Origin: Gracilinanus agilis
Lineage: Eukaryota
Reading direction: 5' to 3'
NCBI RefSeq assembly: GCF_016433145.1
Contig: NC_058130.1
Location: forward strand, 738,532,239-738,596,238
Length of the DNA: 64,000 bases
A program made the position numbers and the translations under genes. Within the stretch, counting starts at the first letter, position 1, and every line of letters starts with the position of its first letter. This document shows, in pieces, positions 13,101-24,872 of this stretch. The notes beneath the pieces were generated by a model. The model worked only from the letters and a program-made list of their open reading frames with translations. It was not told the origin of the DNA and did not search any database.

Positions 13101-15421
13101 CCCTCTTATCTATTGAATTCGTCTTTTTTTTTTTTAAACACTTACCTTCCATTTTGGAATCAATACTCTGTATTGGTTCCAAAGCAGAAGAGTGGTAAGG
13201 GCTAGGCAATGGGTGTCAAGTGACTTGCCCAAGGTCACACAACTAGGAAATGTCTGAGGCCAAATTTGAACCTAGGACCCCCCCACCCCCGACTTTAGGC
13301 CTGGCTCTCAATCCACTGAGCCACCCAGCTGCCCCCTTATTTATTGAATTCTTGCCCATTCTCCAGCCTGTACATCTTCAATTCAGGAGTCATCTCTTCC
13401 TGGAAGCCTCCCCTTCATTCTCCCAACCCCAGTGGAAAGGGATCCCTCCCTCCTCAGTTTCCCCATAGCTCTTTCCCCAGACCTCTCCATCATTTCATGA
13501 AAAAGAGCCTGTCTAGCATAGGAGCAGAGAGGATGTTGGAGGCCATGGTAGCTACATACAAAGGTTTGATGGGCTGTCTCACAAAGGATAAGATGTGTTC
13601 TGCTTTGCCACAGAAGGAAAAGCTAGAAACAAGGGATTAAAATTGCTGAAGGTGAGTTCAAGCTTGGAATCAAGAAAACACCCTAATACTAAGTGCTAGA
13701 CTGGATGGAAAGTAATAGGAAGTGAGGAGGCAGGAGGAGCCTTCACTTGAGGTTTCGAAGCCAAGGTTCAATGATCTCTTGCCTGAAACCTTGTTAAGGA
13801 TTTCCTTTTCACCTATAAGTTGGACTAGAAGGTCCCTTCCCACTCTGAGACTCCGAGATTCCAATCCTCTGCAATTGCAATTTATGTTTCTATTATACTT
13901 TAATGTTTAAAGTGTTTTCTTTACCTCAATCCTATAAAGAAAGTAGTTCAGGTGTTACTTTCCTCACTTAACTGAAAAAGTCTGAGACACAGAGAGGTTA
14001 AGTGAATGACCCATGATCACACAGCTTGTGTTAGAAGTTGTATTCAAACCCAGGTCTCTCCTGACTTCAGGTCTAAATGGCACTTTCCCCTGTATCACAA
14101 CTACTTCCAGATTCTCTCCTTATGTAAGAGCCAGTCAGGGTAACTAGATAGCAGAGAGCAGTGGTGACAAACCTATGGCACGGGTGCCAAAGATGGCACA
14201 CAGAGCATTCTCTGTGGCACGGGACCTCCCTCTCCCCCACCCTCAGAGTTTGTTACTAGAAAGGCAGAGGGACTTGAGGGAGCTGTCCCCTCCTCCTTTC
14301 ACCCATGCCAGATGGCATTTTTTTACTTCACCCACCCCTCTGCCCAGCAGCCCAGTGGGAGCTCTTCCTCCCTCCCCTGTGTGGGATAAGTAAGATGAAG
14401 GGTGAAGAACAGTCCTTACCCCACTGGATGGGCACTGATTGATGCTCCAGAGCATCATCCTTGCTCCTTGAGGGTATTGAGATGTTCTCATAGTCAGGCT
14501 GATCCTCATCTGTAAATCTCTGGGCACCTGGAGGAACCAGACAAGGGCCTTAGAGGTTCCAAGAATCAAGGCATCCTGTTTCTCAGCTCCATGTTTGTTG
14601 TCCTTCGTACTTGAAGAAGACCAACATGACGTCACTGGATGATCTCTTTTGACTCCACCATAAACTGGATTTAAGTGAAGCAGAGTTGCACCAAGTCATC
14701 AGCCTCACTCTCTCTTCCAGAATCATCCAAGTTCAGCAGCAAGACACAAAGTCGGGACAGGATGACTAGCGATGGCTCAGCGTACAGTGCTCCAGGCCCA
14801 CTTGTCATCCCCTTGAAGAACCTGGGCATCTCACCAAGATCTGAAGCACTGTTAATGAAGCATGCTGTCTCACACGCGTGATGGACTCAGGACACAGAAA
14901 GACATCTATTTTCCAGACACGACCAACACGTGAATTAGGTTTGCTCAGTTATACATATTTGTAACACAGATTTGATTTTCCTTTTCTTTTTTTTTTTTTT
15001 AACTGAAGATAGGAGAACAGGGACTAGCAACGGAGTCATCAAAAAGAAAAAGTGAGTCATTGAAGTATTTTTAAATGCAGAGAAGAGAACAAAAGGAAAG
15101 CCAAAGTGGGACAATTCTAAAAGTTACATGTCAGGGGTCTCTGGGTAGCACAGTGGATAGATGCCTTGGCCTGGAATCAAGAGGAGCTAGATTCAAATCT
15201 GGCTTCAGACACTCCCCAGCTATGTAACCCTGGACAAGTCACTTAACCCTTTGCCCTTCTGCCTTAAAGTTGTCACTAAGAGAGAAAGTAAGGGCTTAAA
15301 CTTACATAATTAACTAACTAAAAAGCTAAAATTAAAAAATAAAACAGTGGAGTCAGGTTCCCATCACCTCACCAACCCTCCTTCTGTGGGTCAAGATGAA
15401 GCCCAGGACAATACTTCCCAT
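10114..15421 (-). CDS. MCEMP1: Mast cell-expressed membrane protein 1 (type II single-pass membrane protein), about 180 aa
   Basis: Exons on minus: 15373-15421 (tentative exon 1), 14420-14527 (GAQRFTDEDQPDYENISIP...), 12175-12291 (TM, CLYLLLGLSFLLGIILLSLVLVK), 11699-11749 (SSEFSQNLNGFMSELWN, cf. human NAEMSKELLGFKRELWN), 10593-10706, 10247-10321, 10114-10142 (ends TAA). All introns are GT-AG and phase 1; total 543 nt, in frame. The position next to RETN matches human synteny. Confidence 0.85.
11255..11510. repeat. Polypurine (GA-rich) low-complexity tract
   Basis: Almost pure A/G on plus; MCEMP1 intron 4. Confidence 0.9.
12600..12935. repeat. Polypyrimidine (CCTT/CT) low-complexity tract
   Basis: Almost pure C/T on plus; MCEMP1 intron 2. 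Confidence 0.9.
14159..14375. mobile_element. hAT-type element, one end only
   Basis: Starts cagtggtgacaaacctatggcacgggtgcc (hAT terminus); no matching right TIR seen. Confidence 0.55.
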
Positions 15422-17257
15422 CACTACTTCCTTACTCCCAGATTCCCAGAAGAAATGAACCAGAGCTTTAGATTAGAAAAGACTAAAGGGAAGATCTCTG
15501 AGTACCTGCATGTAGCCAATGGGAGTATATGGAAAAGGAAGAGACAGAGATATTCACCCTCAAGTACAGTAAAGGCCAAACCTTCTGTTCCTCAGTTTCC
15601 CCTTTCCCTCTCCTTTCAGAGTCACATTTTCCAAGGAATCTTCTTCCAGTCTTCCCACCACCCTGCCACCCCTAATTTCACCCATTGGTGCTACCTGCTC
15701 TGGCCTCCTTCTTCTTCGTCCTTGGCTTGGAGGGCAGATCTTGATTTACGTAAATATCTTCTGTCCCCTCCATGGTCCTGGCATCAGCTGATCTCCCCCT
15801 TCTCTCCAACTCACTCTCCACCTCTCCCCACCCACACCCTCATAGGAGATGGTGTCAGAGGATGGATGGAGCAATCCTTTTGCACTTCCCTAAATGATTG
15901 CACTCTCCCACTCACCACAGTAGATCTTACAAGTGTTTTTGTCATTCCATAAATCTCCGATAGCTCTCCTTCCCCCAGCTCTCTCAGCTGAGAACCTCTC
16001 CTCACATTTTGCTGGAAAAATTGAGGTTATTTGCTAAGAGCTCCTCTTCATTTCATATCACCCAGATGCCTTCAGCTACCATCTCTTCCTTTACCCTTGT
16101 CTCACATAATTCAGTGGACCTTCTCCTTGCCAAGGCAACACCTCTACATACACAAGTAATCTTATTCCATCTAATCTTCTCCAATTGATTGCCCCCTACA
16201 TCATCCCCACTCTTTCACTTACCTTTGATCTCTCCTCCTCTCCTGGCCGCTTCTCTACTGCCTACAAACATGTCCATGTCTCTCCTCCTGCCTCAAAAAA
16301 ACCTTTCCTTGCTCCATCCTATAAGTATCATCCCATATGTCCTCCCCTTTGTTGCTAAAGCCCAGGAAAAGGCCATCTATAATCGATGTTTCCACTCATT
16401 CTCTTCAAAATTCTGTACAGTCTGCTTCTGACCTTATTATTCTGCTTTCTCTCAAGTTACTAATTATCTCTTAATGGCCAGATAGAATGACCTTTCTCAA
16501 TCTTCATCCTTCTGGACCTCTCTGCTGGCTAGTTAATATCTGCTGAGTTCCTGGTGATCCTGAGACATCTGGCATCTGATTGTGAGACCAGGTCTAGATC
16601 CTTTTGGATCTTGGACCTTATTTGGGCCCTATCAGGCTTACACAGACTCTTTCCTTAAAATCAGCAAAGGGGAGTTTAGTGTTAGTTTAGCCAATAACAA
16701 TATCGACAACCTTCTTCTCGTTGATACTTCTATATTTCTAGGTTTTTGTGACACTAGTCTTTTCTGGTTCTCCTCCTACCTATCTGACTCTTTCTTCTCA
16801 GTCTCCTTTACTGGGTCTTCATCCAAGTCACACCCATTAATAGTGAATGTCCCACAGGGCTCTATCCTGAACTATTTTACCTACTCCATACTTCTGGTGA
16901 TTTCATCACCTCCCATGGATTCAATTATCATTGAATATGCTGATGATTCTCATCTCTACTTTTCCAGCTCTGATGACCTTCATACTGCCATCTTTGACAT
17001 TCTAGTGTACATCTGGAATGATAGACATCTTAAACTCAACAATATCCTAAACCTAAGAATATCTTTTGCCCCAAACCTTCTCCCATTCCTAACTTTGCTC
17101 CTACTGTGAAGGATACCACTATGCTCTCAGGTATCTTGGCTTACAAACCAGGAATCATCTTTGACTCTTCATACTTATTTCTTCTCCCAAATCTGTTGCC
17201 AAGGCCGGATGATTTTATCTTCCTAACATTTCCCAAAATCTTCCCCCTTCTCTCCTT

Positions 17258-17939
17258 TGTTATAAGGAAAAGTTAAGTTAAGGAGGAAAAGTGTGTAAGT
17301 TTGCAGAGAGCAGAGGCATGGGCAGCAAAGTACAAGATTCTGGAAGCAGGGGAGAGCAGAGCTGTTTCTAAGACAGTTGGAGCTGGAGCTGGGTCCTTTT
17401 TTTCTGGTTGTGACCTGGAAGAAACTGGCTATTTTTCCTGTGGTTGTTTCTACCTTATCTTTCCCATCCTACCTGCTGCTCTGTTATCCTGCTTCCCTGC
17501 TGGCTGTTTGTTATCTTCTGAGTTTCTGGTGATCCTGAGACATCTGGCGTCTGATTGTGAGAACAGGCTTAGATCCTTTTGGATCTTGGACCTTATTTGG
17601 GCCCTATCAGGTTTATACAGACTCTTTCCTTAAAATCAGCAAAGAGGGGTTTAGTGTTAGTTTAGCCAATAACAGGAATTGAGATTTTTAGATAAAGAGG
17701 AGAGGAGTAGAATAGGAAAATCACTCTGAGGAAATCTCTATGAAGAGATATTTAGATCTGGGGGTTTAGGTAGTTGGCATTAGAGATTAGGATTATCCAA
17801 ACTTCTCTTTTTATCTTCCCTTGCTAATAAACATCCATCCCTGATATATACTGGTCTGTGTTTGTTAACTCGGGGCAGGCTTTACCTGGACTGAGTCTGT
17901 CAACCCACTGACACCAGTTCTGTTGGCCTTCCTGAAACA
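17258..17939. mobile_element. LTR-like element(s): unit 17258-17674 bounded by TGTTAT...ATAACA, plus a further part ending ...AAACA
   Basis: Perfect 6-bp terminal inverted repeat, AATAAA near 17826, interrupts the L2; no clear TSD. Confidence 0.6.
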
Positions 17940-18026
17940 GTTTAATCTTTTGTTACTGGCCCTATCTGAATCATCTAATCCATTCCCCTACCCCACCAAC
18001 ATTATACCTTTGAAATTAGATTCTCA

Positions 18027-18251
18027 GGGGCAGTTGGGTAGCTCAGTGGATTGAGAGCCAGGCCTAGAGACGGGAGGTCCTGGGTTCAAATCTGACCTCA
18101 GACACTTCCCAGCTGTGTGACCCTGGGCAAGTCACTTGACCCCCATTGCCCACCCTTACTATTCTTCTGCCTTGGAGCCAATACTCAGTATTCACTCCAA
18201 GATGGAAGGTAAGGGTTTTTTAAAAAAAATTTTTTTAAATAATAAAAAAAA
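18027..18251 (+). mobile_element. Young SINE-1_Mdo-type SINE (representative; dozens of copies in the window)
   Basis: ggggcagttgggtagctcagtggattgagagccagg head; TSD gaaattagattctca. Confidence 0.9.
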
Positions 18252-20779
18252 GAAATTAGATTCTCATCACCTAACACCAGAATTATTATAGTAGCCTGCT
18301 GGTTGGTGTCCCTGACTTAAGGCCCTCTCAACTCCAACCCATCCTCCATTCAGCTGCAAAGTGATCTTTCTAATGCACCAGGTCTGACCAATTAATCTGC
18401 TTTAACTCCATGGTCTCTCTATCATCTCCAGAACAAATATAAAAGTCCTCTGGCTTTTGAAGCCTTTACAAACTGAACTCTTCCTACCTTTCTAACACCT
18501 TCTAACACCTTCTCCCCTTCTCTGACTCTGTGATCCAGAGACTCTGGTTTCCATCTCCCAGTTGCAGGAAATTGCACTGACTGCCCTTCCCACTGCCCCA
18601 ATCCCCTCCATGCCCGGAATGCTCTCCCTCTTCATTCTTGCCTCCAGGCTTCCCCGGATTCTTTCAAGTCCTGGCTAAAATCTTCTACAAGAAGCCTTTC
18701 CCCATCTCCTTTCGTACTTAATGCTCTCCTTCTGTCGATTATCTCCAATTCACCTGGTTATATCTTGTTTGTACATTGTTGTCTACCAATTATTAGACTG
18801 CAGGCTCCTTGAGAGCAGGGGCTGGTCTTTTGGTTTGCGTTGGGGGTGGGGGTTGGTTTTTTACTTTTCTTTGCATCTCCCAAATTTAGCACAGTTCCTA
18901 GTACATAGCAGGTGCTTAATAACTTTATCACACAGAAGAAAAACAACTGCTTGAACATGTGTGCTGATGGGGATACTATTGGGGATGAAGACACTAAACG
19001 ATAACTCTAGTCCAGCTATCGATAATATGGAATTAGGGCTTGATCAATGATACATGTTAATAACTGTTTATTGACTCATCAAACCAAAAGAACAATTTAT
19101 AAGTCTATAATTATTGTACAGAAAGGAAAACAAGGGTAAAATTTAAGATCTCTAGTCAATGCCGTGACCAGCCTAGAGATGGGAGGTCCTAGGTTCAAAT
19201 CTGGCCTCAGATACTTCCTAGCTGAGTGATCCTGGGCAAGTCACTTAACCCCCATTGCCTAGCCCTTGCAGCTCTTCTGCCTTGAAACCAATATCATTTC
19301 TAAGACAGAAGGTAAAGGTTTAAAAAAAATGAGGTTCATGTTGGGCTAATTGGAAACTGAGTTTTCATTGGGACTCTGGATAGAAAAAGAAATGACTGCT
19401 CTTCTTTCTGGGAGAGAGTTCTCTGCTGCACTTAGCAGAGTCCCTCACTGCCCAGGAATGCCCACAGACTACTCCCTAATCCAGTGTTCTTCTGTTCTTT
19501 ACCTTCATGCTATTTATTCCCACAGTTATATAAAGAAATTAGCATCTCCTAATCCTGATTGTGAGGTCAATCTTGTTTGTGGTGATGGCCAATGGGTGGG
19601 AGGAAGAGTGAGGAGGAAAAAAATACTGAGGACGCATCCAGCACCTGGCATGAGGAAGAAAGTGGAGGGTGGCAGAGTATGAATGTCTATACCAAGGGGG
19701 ACTAACTCACAAATCCAGTGGGGTTGCTCTGAGATAATATTCCTTAGCTAACTAAAGATGATCATCGTAAACAAAGAAAGCGATTTCTAACCCAAAGTGA
19801 TCCCAGAATAGAGATATCTTGTGAGCTGCCCAGAAAGAAGAGGGAAAGGGACCAGGGCCAGTGAGGGTTCTGGTAAGTACCTGATTCCCCTCCTCTCTAC
19901 TTAACTATCCCTTTCAGTTCTGTTGAGGATTTAAAAAATTGAAGAGCAGTAAAGTACATTTAAATCATATTAGGGGGGCAGCTAAGAGCCAGGCATAGAG
20001 AGAGAAGGTCCTGGATTCAAATCTGACCTCAGCCACTTCCTAGCTATATGACCCTGGGCAAGTCACTTTGCCTCCATTGCCTAGTGTTTACCATTCTTCT
20101 GCCTTGGAACCAATACACAGTATTAATTCTAAGATAGAAAGTAAGGGTTTAAAAAAAGAAATGAAATGACAGTCCTTTTGTCCTCTGCTATGCACAGACA
20201 TCATCTGGGGAATTGGGTTTAATTCTGGGAACCATATATATTTTAAGGAGGGCATGAATAGGGGCAACCAGATGGTTCAGTGAATCAAGAGATGAAAGGT
20301 CCTGGGTTCAAATTTGACCTCAGATACTTCCTAGCTATATGACACTGGCCAAGTCATTTAACCCCCATTGCCTAGCTTTTATCATCATCATCATCATCAT
20401 CATTATTATGCCTTGGAGTCAATATATAATTTTGATTCTAAGACAGAAGGTAAGAGTTTTTATATATATATTATATTTGGAGTTAGTAAATTCTTTGGAC
20501 CCATGTTGAGAAGAAAATAAGAGACAAGTGGCATATGAACCAAGAGAATTGTAATAGAGTTATTCATGATGCCCCACCACTCTTCCTCAAGCATAGTTTA
20601 GAGACAGAGATTTCCAAGTCCTGCTTTCAGGAGAGAGAAAGGAAAAAGCAAAAATTTATCTGTTCCTTTAACATCTACTGAGGAGCAGCTCTTCCTGGCT
20701 CAGTTGTCCATAAAGGAGTTGTTTCACCATCCCAAAACCTCAAGTCCTTTAGTGCTGAACCAAAACATACATGGCCCAC

Positions 20780-23700
20780 CAGAAGTGGTTTGGCTTTTTA
20801 GTTGCATGTCCAATTTGTTTATCTGCTTTTTCTCTCTTTTATTGATGTGGCTAGAGAGATAAAATTTCCCCTAAGGACTGCCTTGACTACATCCCATAAA
20901 TTTTAGTATATTGTCTCATTGTTGCCATTATCTTTACTGAAATTTATTCATTGTTTCTGTAATTTTGTTCTTTGACTCACTTATCCTTTAGTATTAGATT
21001 ATTTAATTTCTGATTAATTTTTATTTTATACTTCAAAGGCTTTTTATAATTGTAGTTTTTATTTTATTATGGTTTATATTGTGCTAGAAATTCTAGCTAT
21101 AATGATATTAACAAGAAAAAAATTGAAGAATAATATTAGACAACAAGGAAACCCAACTGTCATTTTTCAGAGATGATATCATGGTATGCTTAGAGAACCC
21201 TGAGGAGTCAACTAAAAACTAGATGAAACAATTAACAAATTTAACAGTTGCAGGATATAAAAGAAACCTACATAAATCATCAACATTTCTAGATATGCTG
21301 ACAGAAAAGGAAAATGACAATTGCTGGAGGGGATGTGGGAAAAAAGGTACACTAATACACTAGTGGTAGAGCAGTGAACTAATCCAACCATTCTGGAAAT
21401 TGATTTGGAACTATGCCCAACAGACTATAAAATTGTGCACACACCCTTTGAAACTGCAATACTACTATTAAGTCTATACCCCAAAGAGATTATTCTTAAA
21501 AATGAAAAGAACTTATACATACAAAAATATTTATAGAAGTTCTTTTGATGATAACAAAGAAGTAGAAACTGAGGGGATGCCCATAAAATGGGGAATAGCT
21601 GAACAAATTATGGTATATCATTGTAATGGAATACTATTTTACTGTAAGAAAGGATATAATGGGAACAGCTTCAGAAAAACCTGGGAAGTCTTATACGATC
21701 TGATGAAAATGAAGAACAAAGCCAGGAAAACAATTTATATAGTAGCAGCAACATTTTCATGAAAATCAACCATGAAAGCCTTAGGAACTCTGATCAGTAC
21801 AATGATCTCTGACAGTTCTAAAGGACTCATGATGAAATATACTATCCACCTTCAGACAGAGATCTGATGGGACTCAAAGTGCAGATAGAAGTCCATTTTT
21901 TCCTCTTTATTTTTCTTGATTTTTTTTGCAACATGACTAATATGGAACTATGTTTTCTTTGACTTCATATGTATGAGTATTGCATTTCTTGCCCTCTCAG
22001 TGGGAAAGAGGGGAAGAATTTGGAACTGAAAATATTTTTCTTAAAGCCCATGAGACATTTAGTGGTTCTGGTGAATGGGGATTTTGTCTTCTGGCAGCTT
22101 AGGATAGAATTTAGGCTCATCCTATCAGGGGTCATATTCTCCTCTGGGAAATACTGTAGGAAATTTAGGGAGTACCTACATCAGTTTAGCTAGGACTGAC
22201 AAACTCAACATTCCATGAAGTTATTTTTTAGGTGGGAAATGACCAACTCAGAATCAGTGTTTGGTCACTCATGCACAGGGAAAGGAACACAAAGCAGAAG
22301 TGGCTAGCAAGGCCTTGAGATCCCTACACAATCACCTAGGAGAGCATATCTAGTCGCTATGATTTAAACAACCACCACAGATGCCAGGAGGGACAGAGGA
22401 GCATTATGGTTCCTCCAAAAGTACGTTTAATATTTCTGCTTTTTTGCATTTGTTTGTGAGATTTTTATGTCCTAATATATGCTTAATTTTTGTGAAAGCA
22501 CCAGACATAGGTGGAAAATTGGTATACTTATTTCTATTTCTATTTCCATTCAATATGCTCCAGAAGTCTATCATATCATTTCTAAAATTCTATTCATCTT
22601 CTTAACTTCTTTCTTATTTAATTTAAGATTAGATTTATCTAGGTCTGGAAAGGGTAAATTGAGGGTCTCTTCCTGGTATAGTTTTTCTGTCCAGTATCCT
22701 TCTGTAATTCAATTAAGTTTTCCTTCAAGAATTTGAATGCTGTACCATTTTGTTCATATATGTTCAGTATTGATATTAATTAATTGTCTGTGGTACCTTT
22801 TGGTAAAATGTAGTATCCCTGATTATCCCTTTTAATTTTTGCTTTTGCTTTGTCTGAGATCATGATTACTAGCCCTGTCTTTTTTAGTTCAGTTGAAGTA
22901 TAATAGATTGCTCTAGTACTTTATTTTAACTCTATGTGTATCTTTTTGTTTCAAGTGTGACTCTTGTAAATTATATATTGTTGGATTCTATTTTCTTATC
23001 TAGTCTTCTATCTTCTTCAACTTTGTGGATGAGTATTTTTTTATAATTACTAAATGTATTTTCTTCCACTCTATTCTCTTATACTCATCCTTCTCTTTCT
23101 TACCTTGTCTCCTCAAAAGTTTGCTTCTGACCACTGCCTCCCTTAACATACTCTTCCTCTTATTTCACCCCTTTCTCCTCATCCCTTCCTCTCCTGCTTT
23201 TCTATCATTTAAGGTGAATTTCTGAATCTAGTTGTGAGTGTATATTTAAATTCTTCCTTCCTAGAACCAGTTCATATGAGAATGAAGTTCAAGTGCTGCC
23301 CATGCACTATTACCATTCACCCCTCCATTGTGCATATTCTTTGCATCTCTCTTTTATGTGAGATACCTTTACCCATTCTTCTCCCTTCCCCTTCCTCCCA
23401 TTACATCCCTCTTCCTCATTCTTCCACACTTCTTTTGGGATTATCCCAACATAACAGACTCACACCCATGCCATCTGTCTAAGTCAATTCTCTCTAATTA
23501 TTCTAATGATGATATAATTATATGGGATTATATGTATCATATTTGCATATAGGAATGTGAACAGTTTAACATTGTTTAATCCTTTATAATTCCTCGCTCA
23601 TGTTTATCTTTTTATACTTCTCTTGATTTTTGTGTTTGAAAGTCACATTTTCTACTCATTTCTGGTCCTCTAAATTAAATTAAATATCCATTTTTTACCT

Positions 23701-23897
23701 TGTCAAATTATATTCAGTTTTGTTGGGTAGGTTGTCCTTGGTTGAAATCCTAATTTCTTTGCCTTCTAGAATATCATATTGCAAGTCTTCTGTTCCTTTA
23801 TTTTGGTAGCTACTAAATCTTTGTGATTCTGAGTGTTGTTCCATGGTATTTTAATTATTCCTTTTCTGGCTGCTTGCAATATATTTTCCTTGACCTG
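20780..23897. mobile_element. Cluster of old L1 fragments (minus about 20780-21070, plus about 21100-22030, minus about 22480-23897)
   Basis: Degenerate ORF2 text (gatgatatcatggtatgcttagagaaccc; MPIKWGIAEQIMVY); AT-rich. Confidence 0.75.
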
Positions 23898-24872
23898 TGT
23901 TGAATTGACTCAGATTAGCTATAATTAGTAATGGAGTCCAGCTAGAGGATGAAGCTGGCTGTCCTATCAGGGGGGAGGGGTAGGAGTGAGTAGAATTCTT
24001 CCTCTCTCCTTCCCCACCTCCACCCCCAGCATTTGGACCAGAAGACAATAAGTGTTTAACTGAATCCCTTTTAGTTCAAGCAATGGAGGCTGTTCAAGCT
24101 TGGTAAATTCAGGGTGAAGTTGGTAAATTGACAGGGAATAGTCCCACTGAGGTTAACAACTCTCACTGCTTAAAATATTCCCTAACCCTAGGATAGAATA
24201 GGTTCCAGGTTGTCTTCAAATACAGATGACTTGCTCTCAGGAAGAAACTGCATCAGTGTTCAGAGGAATGGATCTTTTCTTTGGTAAGTATATGCTAGTA
24301 TAACTTCACACAGGCCCAGGAGCTTATCAAGCAAAGGGGTTTATTATTTTCAGAAAAACAGGGTGAGGGGAAATGGTTTTAGGAATGAAAGGGAGGTAAG
24401 CTATCTAAAATCTTCAGTGAACCTGTTGGCTACATATTCCCCAAAGGGGAATGTGTTTTGAACAACTTAACTTCTATCCCACTCACTAAGTAATCTTTCT
24501 CCTGATCTAATGTAACTAGGTTTAAGATGGAAAGGTAATCTTGCTTGAAGATCTGTGTAGAGATTAGTTAAGATGCTGTAATTGAGATATTCTTCCAGTA
24601 GTAAACCAGTAAAGTAACTGTTTTTTTTTAACAGTAAAGTAACATTCAGCCCTTGAGATCAGAGATGAGCTAACCAAAGAGTAATCTAACTCTTCCTCCC
24701 AGCCCTTGAACCCACAAGGAGTGTGATCAAAAGTGTCCTTGCCAGTAGGGTGATCTGGCCTTTTATACTCAGGTTTCTAACTGCCCCAACTGCCCCCTCT
24801 CCTGGCGTTCTGGGGGGCACTATGGAATTCTGTGAGGCAGCTTTGATCTCACTTAAGATCATGGGTGTTACA
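23898..24872 (-). mobile_element. Solo or compound ERV LTR inserted in L1
   Basis: TG...CA ends, 4-bp TSD cctg (23894-23897 / 24873-24876), L1 resumes after 24876; TATA-like at about 24762-24768 and AATAAA at about 24340 on minus. Confidence 0.75.

Larger units (their letters stand above)
15810..18920 (+). mobile_element. Long L2 remnant, interrupted by LTR pieces and a SINE
   Basis: RT motif YADD at 16936-16947; L2 3' end at about 18890-18920. Confidence 0.8.

Noticed and set aside
14243-14635. TKDNKHGAEKQ resembles MCEMP1 exon 1 (RDKKQGVSAKNQ)
   Set aside because: No GT donor after it, and it overlaps a MIR3/Mar3-type repeat
16582-17109. 175-aa ORF with YADD
   Set aside because: Chimera of an LTR fragment and decayed L2 reverse transcriptase, not a host gene
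19490-19535. Minus-strand TATA followed by ATGAAG|GTAAAG as MCEMP1 exon 1
   Set aside because: The donor would sit at the expected TSS, and phase 0 does not fit exon 2
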